Positions 28,209 to 32,903 of a stretch of DNA of 32,903 nt are shown piece by piece. The translations under genes were made by a program, and so were the position numbers. The stretch lies in the IMG/VR virus record IMGVR_UViG_3300027764_000017, positions 1-32,903 of that record; one strand, written 5' to 3'. Position 1 is the stretch's first letter; each line of letters opens with the position of its first letter. Source of the DNA: a virus (taxonomy: Duplodnaviria > Caudoviricetes). The notes under the pieces are model-generated. The model did not search any database. It saw only the letters and a program-made list of their open reading frames with translations, and was not told the origin of the DNA.

Positions 28209-28429
28209 TTTCTTAGCACCTTTGATTGGCGAATGTCTGTTAGCAATGGCAATGGGACATCCAATCTTTTAACCTGGTTAGACGGATGACAACACCATTT
28301 ATCACCCATTTTCTTAACCATGTCTTTTGAGTTCTGAGCATTTAATCCAACTAAAAGTTCATAAATCCCATAGTTAAATCTTCCGCATTCAATCATTTGT
28401 TTCATTAGTGTCTTGTCATTTTTTGTCAT
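28205..28429 (-). CDS. Hypothetical protein
   Basis: 74 aa, tightly packed in the operon. SD AAGGA. Confidence 0.65.
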   Translation of the reverse strand: MTKNDKTLMKQMIECGRFNYGIYELLVGLNAQNSKDMVKKMGDKWCCHPSNQVKRLDVPLPLLTDIRQSKVLRK

Positions 28430-28430
28430 T

Positions 28431-28598
28431 TTATTTCCTTTGGCTATCTACCCATGTCAACATTTCATTTGAAATACTTCTTAATGCCCTTGATGCCATC
28501 TCCAAGCTATACAAATCTTCATTGTTTGCTGGCGATGCTTTTTGCTTCATTACTTTGATTACAGTTGTTGCATCAATTAATAATTGTGAAATGTCCAT
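28431..28598 (-). CDS. Hypothetical protein, 55 aa (not in ORF track)
   Basis: Manual translation: MDISQLLIDATTVIKVMKQKASPANNEDLYSLEMASRALRSISNEMLTWVDSQRK*. Exactly fills the gap between neighbours. SD AGGA. Confidence 0.65.
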   Translation of the reverse strand: MDISQLLIDATTVIKVMKQKASPANNEDLYSLEMASRALRSISNEMLTWVDSQRK

Positions 28599-28871
28599 TT
28601 ATTTTCCTATTAGGTTAAGTGTTTGCTCAAGTAGCTGTTCTTCAGATATAGCATATTCTGCTTCAAATCTTTTTCGTCCCATTCCGTGAATACTGGTATT
28701 TGATCCTCGGTGATGGTAGGGGCATAACGGGATAACAGGCGCAAGGCTTCTTTTGCCACCTCTCCGTATATGATGCAGTTCTGCTGGTGTTCCTTCATTG
28801 CCTTGATGCCGACATAATGAGCATCCCAAATCAGCAATCCGTCTGTATGTATCTTTTTCATCTTTAGTCAT
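28599..28871 (-). CDS. Ref-like (recombination enhancement) HNH / Zn nuclease
   Basis: LGCSLC...ELHHIR.G......VIPLCP.HHRG...IH pattern. Confidence 0.8.
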   Translation of the reverse strand: MTKDEKDTYRRIADLGCSLCRHQGNEGTPAELHHIRRGGKRSLAPVIPLCPYHHRGSNTSIHGMGRKRFEAEYAISEEQLLEQTLNLIGK

Positions 28872-29299
28872 AAATTTAGGTTTCGATAAACAACTCCATC
28901 ATCCCATTGCTGGTCAACAGATTGCTCATACAAAAGCATAATCTTTTCTGGGTAAAGGAAAATAGGGGTTTTCCCTTTAAAACAAAATGCATATACCAAT
29001 GGCGCATTTTTGCTTGAGTACCACTCACCCGAAAGCGGAAGATTATCGTACTCTTTTTTCTTAAAGTTTGCAGTACCTTTTACATTGACAATCCTCATAC
29101 CATTTTTGGTATGTACTACATAATCTGGTAGGTTCCTAAGAAAAACATTTAACTCATAAAATCGAGGTATATTCATCTTCTTTTCATCAAACCCTATTTT
29201 GTAATAGGTAAACCCCATTGACTTGCAGTAATCTTCAAAATATTGCTCACCGACATTTGGCTGAGTTTGCCTTTTTGCATAGCTATCATTTCCGTTCAT
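28868..29299 (-). CDS. PD-(D/E)xK-like nuclease-fold protein (likely start ATG 29299)
   Basis: GE..F helix, LPDYVV and VNVKG (Asn at the D/E position). Confidence 0.55.
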   Translation of the reverse strand: MNGNDSYAKRQTQPNVGEQYFEDYCKSMGFTYYKIGFDEKKMNIPRFYELNVFLRNLPDYVVHTKNGMRIVNVKGTANFKKKEYDNLPLSGEWYSSKNAPLVYAFCFKGKTPIFLYPEKIMLLYEQSVDQQWDDGVVYRNLNL

Positions 29300-29501
29300 T
29301 TTTCTCTCGCAATGCAATTTCTCGTTGCACATACCAAAGAGCTTTCTTTAAATCTTCAATTGCATCCTTTTTAAGGTCGCATCGCCAAATATATTTAACC
29401 GCATTGCCCAGGTTAAATCCCATATGCTCTGTAATCTGAATACATTCAACACCTGATGGATGATCGGTATAGTGTTTAGGGTGGTTTACTTGGTCATTCA
29501 T
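29286..29501 (-). CDS. DUF3310 / SaV-like protein
   Basis: D.VNHP.HY...GVECI......FNLGNAVKYIWR...K....EDLKKA.WY. Confidence 0.9.
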   Translation of the reverse strand: MNDQVNHPKHYTDHPSGVECIQITEHMGFNLGNAVKYIWRCDLKKDAIEDLKKALWYVQREIALREKNERK

Positions 29502-29719
29502 TTCTGTTGTGCCTTTCTTAGTATTGCTCTAGCAAATTCAATCACTAATCTATATTCAGAATAATGAAACTTATCTGAAGCCATCTTTAATATTTCCTCA
29601 TCTGTTAGTGTCTTTGCTGGATGAGTATAGAGTGGTGTGCCTTCACCCATTTCGTTGTATTGATAATGCTTGGTTACATTACCGACTACTTTTCTCCACG
29701 CTACTGGTTCATTGTTCAT
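29498..29719 (-). CDS. Hypothetical protein (EPVAW...PLYT family); likely start ATG 29719
   Basis: MNNEPVAW...PLYTHP..LTDEEI...FARAI. GGAG SD before 29719. Confidence 0.7.
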   Translation of the reverse strand: MNNEPVAWRKVVGNVTKHYQYNEMGEGTPLYTHPAKTLTDEEILKMASDKFHYSEYRLVIEFARAILRKAQQK

Positions 29720-30095
29720 TTGCGCTCCATTTGACATTGTGTTCTGCTCCAAATGCGGATATAAGTTCTTGCAAATCAATCATCTCTTTTATTGTCATAG
29801 TGCTAGTAGATGAACCTAGTATTACAAAGCCATCATTCTCAAGATTTGGCACTACATCCATTTTCTTTATTGAACTAGTAAAAATGTGTTTCCAATCGTC
29901 AGATGACAATTTACGACCATGCCATGTCACCTGATGGCTCACATCGTTGAGCATAGCCCACAGGCGAGCATTTTGGACTAGTGATCGACTCTTGCCCTTA
30001 ACTTCAACACAAAACCCGTCAGGAGCCGTTTTAATGGCTTTTAGCGCATTGTCCCTTGCTGTGTCATTTGACAGGATAAAAAGTTGCTTATTCAT
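29709..30095 (-). CDS. ninB: NinB / Orf-like recombination protein
   Basis: RSL.QNARLWAML.DVS.QV.WHG..L...DWK..F ... STS.M...EM.DL.ELI.AFGAEH.V. Confidence 0.9.
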   Translation of the reverse strand: MNKQLFILSNDTARDNALKAIKTAPDGFCVEVKGKSRSLVQNARLWAMLNDVSHQVTWHGRKLSSDDWKHIFTSSIKKMDVVPNLENDGFVILGSSTSTMTIKEMIDLQELISAFGAEHNVKWSANEQ

Positions 30096-30877
30096 CGCAT
30101 TGACCTTTCTGCAATTGTTCTGATTATTCTTTCTTTCAAAGTGTTGTAAGTGTCATGCCCATAAGGGGCAATCCCAAGCTCTTTCGCTTTTGCATCTATC
30201 CCGGCATCGCTAAACATCCATTGCTTATCTTCTTTTCTGGCGGTTGGAGCAGTTGCTTTGTTTACCCATTCAGCATTAAATCCAACCCATGATCTTTCAA
30301 TGCAGATGGTCAATGCTTGCTCTAAGCTCAACTTGGCCTTATCAGCCTCCCTTACCAAACCTTTTAATGCGGTTTCTGTAATCGGTTTCTTAGCAGCTTT
30401 CCTAACCTTTAAATAATCATTCCATACAGACTCAGCAACTCCGCTAGGAGTGCCTATGTTTTTATTATGGTTAGTGGTTAGTGGTTTATGGTTAGTGGTT
30501 AGGGTTTCTTTGGGTTGCCCTTGGGTTAGCGGTGGGTTAGCGGTGGGTTTGTCTTTGGTTACCGATGGTCTTCCACCTTTTAACCCGTTAGCCCTTTGTT
30601 TAGAACAATACTCTGCATATTCGGCAATTTCTTTGTCGCACCTAGTGTGATGCCATTCGCCTTCTTGTAATACAAAGAACATAGCCAAAATACCCTTAAC
30701 GGCATCCTCACTATCCCTTGCATTAGTTTTCATTGAAAGCGCAAAAATGTCATCTTTTAGCGGTTGTTCTGAATCATAGTAAAGCCAAATTAACTTCATA
30801 TAAATACCAACTTCTTCATTGGTAAGAAATGATGTGTCTTTAATAAAGTCACCGATATGGTGCTGATAGTAGTGCAT
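30092..30877 (-). CDS. DUF1376 / YdaU-family phage replication initiator (start ATG 30877)
   Basis: MHYYQHHIGDF..DT..L...E.G.Y..L...YY..E, R.D.EI, NG.KGGRP, then a W..Y...RK..KKP.T helical domain. SD AAGGA before 30877. Confidence 0.88.
   Translation of the reverse strand: MHYYQHHIGDFIKDTSFLTNEEVGIYMKLIWLYYDSEQPLKDDIFALSMKTNARDSEDAVKGILAMFFVLQEGEWHHTRCDKEIAEYAEYCSKQRANGLKGGRPSVTKDKPTANPPLTQGQPKETLTTNHKPLTTNHNKNIGTPSGVAESVWNDYLKVRKAAKKPITETALKGLVREADKAKLSLEQALTICIERSWVGFNAEWVNKATAPTARKEDKQWMFSDAGIDAKAKELGIAPYGHDTYNTLKERIIRTIAERSMR
30468..30570. repeat. Iteron-like repeats inside the initiator gene (candidate replication origin)
   Basis: Five 7-bp units TGGTTAG (one TGGTTTA) at 30468-30502, then GGTT/GGTC cores at 30503, 30513, 30524, 30535, 30546, 30557, 30567 (10-11 bp period). 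Confidence 0.7.
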
Positions 30878-30910
30878 ACATTTCCTTGTCAGGGCAGTCA
30901 AATAAAAGAT

Positions 30911-30962
30911 GTTGGGCGGAACTGGTGACTAAGCAGCTTTTCGGGTGCTACCCTAGCCCAAC
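30911..30962 (-). ncRNA. Candidate structured leader / antisense-type RNA (three-way junction)
   Basis: On the minus strand a GUUGGGC/GCCCAAC closing stem encloses GGGU-AGC-ACCC and GCUG-CUUAGUCAC-CAGU hairpins. TATAAT lies 7 nt upstream. Confidence 0.6.
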
Positions 30963-30969
30963 CTTGCCG

Positions 30970-30975
30970 ATTATA
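30970..30975 (-). promoter_or_regulatory. Consensus -10 box (TATAAT) upstream of the leader RNA / initiator
   Basis: Perfect TATAAT just after the RusA stop. No good -35 at 17 bp spacing. Confidence 0.5.
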
Positions 30976-30978
30976 CAG

Positions 30979-31323
30979 TTACATAACCGAGATAGTTACT
31001 ATGGTTTTCCCTAGCTTGACTTTAGTTCCACGATAGACATGGAATTCATCAATTTGAGAGTCATCATCCATAAGACCAGCCTGGACTAATGCATCTTCAA
31101 GACTCTTGACTCGATTTGATAAATCATTGCGCCTAGCATCTTTATAAAACAAATAAATGTCAAGCCTTAATCTTTGGTTTCCAAATTTAATTGGTTGCTG
31201 GCTCACCGCATGAGCTACATCATCCTTAAACTGATTGGCAGCCTTAGTTAAAAACCTTCTGTGACCCGAAAATCCCCAGTAAGAATTAATTGATGGTGGC
31301 AATGGAAGTATTAGGGTAAGCAC
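30979..31323 (-). CDS. rusA: RusA-like Holliday junction resolvase
   Basis: LPLPPS.N.YW ... R.DL.N..K.L.DAL..AG...DDSQID. GTG start. Confidence 0.92.
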   Translation of the reverse strand: MLTLILPLPPSINSYWGFSGHRRFLTKAANQFKDDVAHAVSQQPIKFGNQRLRLDIYLFYKDARRNDLSNRVKSLEDALVQAGLMDDDSQIDEFHVYRGTKVKLGKTIVTISVM

Positions 31324-31385
31324 CTATGTACCTATGGTGTTGGTATGTAATAATGGAATTGTATTACAACACAAAAGGAAAATAT

Positions 31386-31679
31386 ATGACTAAATATGAC
31401 AGTTGGCTAGAATCAGGCGCACATGGCGATGAAGATGAAGAAATCTTCCGTGAGAATCGTGAGGCAGAACTCCTTAATGATGAATGCGATCCCACCAAAA
31501 TAGAAAATATTGTTGAGGCATTGGAAAATGAGTGCTTACAACTTCATAAAGATGCTTTAGAAGAAGCATTTATCAGCAATGACAAAGAAAAAATTGGAAC
31601 CATTGTCCGAGCATCGGTATGCGAATACTGGGAATTTATGGCAGAAAAATGGGCTTTAGATGAATGGGAAAATCAATGA
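31386..31679 (+). CDS. Acidic hypothetical protein (likely start ATG 31386)
   Basis: SD AAGGA before ATG 31386. 97 aa, strongly Asp/Glu-rich. ATGA overlap with ERF. Confidence 0.7.
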   Translation: MTKYDSWLESGAHGDEDEEIFRENREAELLNDECDPTKIENIVEALENECLQLHKDALEEAFISNDKEKIGTIVRASVCEYWEFMAEKWALDEWENQ

Positions 31680-32236
31680 AAACTTCTGAATCAATTATCA
31701 AAATAGCACCAGCATTTCTTGAAGCGCAAAAGAAAATTACCTTTGCGGAAAAGAATGCCAGAAACCCTCATTTTAAAAACACTTATGCTGACCTACAGTC
31801 TGTAATTGATGCGGTCAAAGAGCCGTTAAATATGGCTGGCATATCCTTTATTCAGTCACCCACTTATGGCGAAAATGGAAGATTGCATTTGACAACTCGA
31901 TTGATTCATACATCTGGAGAATGGATTGAGGATACTGGTGTAATACCGCTTGCAAAACAAGATCCACAAGGATTTGGATCAGCACTTAGCTATTTCAAAA
32001 GGTACTCACTTGCATCCATTTGTGGACTCTACCAAGACGATGACGATGGCGAAAGGGCAAAGGCTAGTCCTTCTAATTCAATAGACAAGTACATTGTAGC
32101 CATAAATGATTGTAAGACTGTCAATTCTTTAAAAGACATATATTTTATGGCTTGTGAGGAAAACAAAGGCAATGCATTGGCACTTAAATCTTTAGAGGTT
32201 GCAAAAGACAGCCGCAAAAAGGAACTAGATAAATGA
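31676..32236 (+). CDS. erf: ERF-family single-strand annealing protein (start ATG 31676)
   Basis: K.A.NPHFK..YADL, L.H.SGEW and DPQ..GSA.SY.KRYSL....G....DDDG. Confidence 0.9.
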   Translation: MKTSESIIKIAPAFLEAQKKITFAEKNARNPHFKNTYADLQSVIDAVKEPLNMAGISFIQSPTYGENGRLHLTTRLIHTSGEWIEDTGVIPLAKQDPQGFGSALSYFKRYSLASICGLYQDDDDGERAKASPSNSIDKYIVAINDCKTVNSLKDIYFMACEENKGNALALKSLEVAKDSRKKELDK

Positions 32237-32694
32237 GTGACCATGAAGAAATCATTGTAGATTTTATTAATAAAAATCCTAGCTGGAAAAGGTATAAATT
32301 GCGACAAAGCATTAATGAATCATTTAGAAGCCTTGAGGATGAAGAAATATGGTATGAGCCACTTCCTCTTATTAACTATATTCCAGATGCTTTTCATATT
32401 GATAAAGAAAACAGAACTGTTCATTTACTAGAGGTTGACGGAACATCAGGAACTAACAAAAGAAAATTAGAAAGAATGGATAATCTTTGGTTTTATTTGG
32501 ATTGTGAAGGATGGTGCTTAACTCTAACAAGCATTTCAGTTCATTCTAAAGCGATTAGTTTATTAACAGATCAAGATTTTGTAAATTTGCATTATTCAAA
32601 ATATAGAGATGAAAAAGAAATTCTTAAATCGTTGCTTCATGCACCATTTGGGCCGCATGACGATTATTGCCCTAGACCACAAATAACCTTTTAA
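32233..32694 (+). CDS. Putative PD-(D/E)xK-type nuclease
   Basis: YIPDAF.I......LLEVDG...K motif. Lies between ERF and the exonuclease. Confidence 0.55.
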   Translation: MSDHEEIIVDFINKNPSWKRYKLRQSINESFRSLEDEEIWYEPLPLINYIPDAFHIDKENRTVHLLEVDGTSGTNKRKLERMDNLWFYLDCEGWCLTLTSISVHSKAISLLTDQDFVNLHYSKYRDEKEILKSLLHAPFGPHDDYCPRPQITF

Positions 32695-32702
32695 TAAAAA
32701 AA

Positions 32703-32903
32703 ATGACTACATTTACAACAGAAGACAGAATAGCATTTGAGCCAATCCCTTTTGCTGGTATGGTTAGAATTGATTACCCAGAAAGATTGCTTGAGCAAGG
32801 CACAGATGAATGGAAAAAAGCTCGGCTAGGCCATGTGTCTGGTAGTTCAATTGCTGATGTAATGGCAAAAGGCCGAGGTGTTACTCGCAAAAATTATTTA
32901 ATA
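32703..32903 (+). CDS. YqaJ / lambda-exonuclease-like recombinase exonuclease (3'-truncated)
   Basis: Manual translation ...LEQGTDEWKKARLGHVSGSSIADVMAKG matches the Q.S/T.EW...R.G...S motif. Confidence 0.85.
   Translation, partial: MTTFTTEDRIAFEPIPFAGMVRIDYPERLLEQGTDEWKKARLGHVSGSSIADVMAKGRGVTRKNYLI

Noticed and set aside
30465-30545. Telomere-like (TTAGGG / TTAGTGG) repeats
   Set aside because: Internal to a coding gene in a phage and better explained as origin iterons.
30911-30962. tRNA or hammerhead ribozyme interpretation of the structured element
   Set aside because: No TTC-containing T-loop, anticodon arm or CCA, and it lacks the CUGAUGA hammerhead core.

Overview
About 33 kb of an AT-rich, tailed dsDNA phage (siphovirus-like, HK97/lambda-type layout). 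No integrase, repressor, tRNA, CRISPR array or reverse transcriptase was seen in the window. + strand 1-27686 is the late region: terminase, portal, prohead protease, TWO tandem HK97-fold capsid paralogs separated by an intrinsic terminator, head-tail joining genes, TWO tandem tail-tube paralogs, a -1 frameshifted tail assembly chaperone, tape measure, tail tip genes (with a GNAT and a tip protein that starts with a signal-peptide-like sequence), a fibre/adhesin block (Gly-rich fibre, Thr-rich collagen, 24-aa LRR repeat protein) followed by a GT2-TPR glycosyltransferase, a lysis cassette (holins, GH108 endolysin), a metallophosphoesterase and a second GNAT. - strand 27698-31323 is a replication/nin-like operon (RusA, DUF1376 initiator with internal iteron-like repeats and a structured leader RNA, NinB, DUF3310, Ref-like nuclease). 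+ strand 31386-end is a recombination operon (ERF, PD-(D/E)xK-like nuclease, partial YqaJ exonuclease). The most notable signals are the doubled capsid and tail-tube genes, a possible virion collagen-glycosylation module, the signal-peptide-like tail tip N-terminus, and a three-way-junction RNA with bipartite complementarity next to the initiator RBS. A Gram-negative, probably proteobacterial host is inferred from gene content only. All family calls come from motifs and synteny read by eye; no searches were run.
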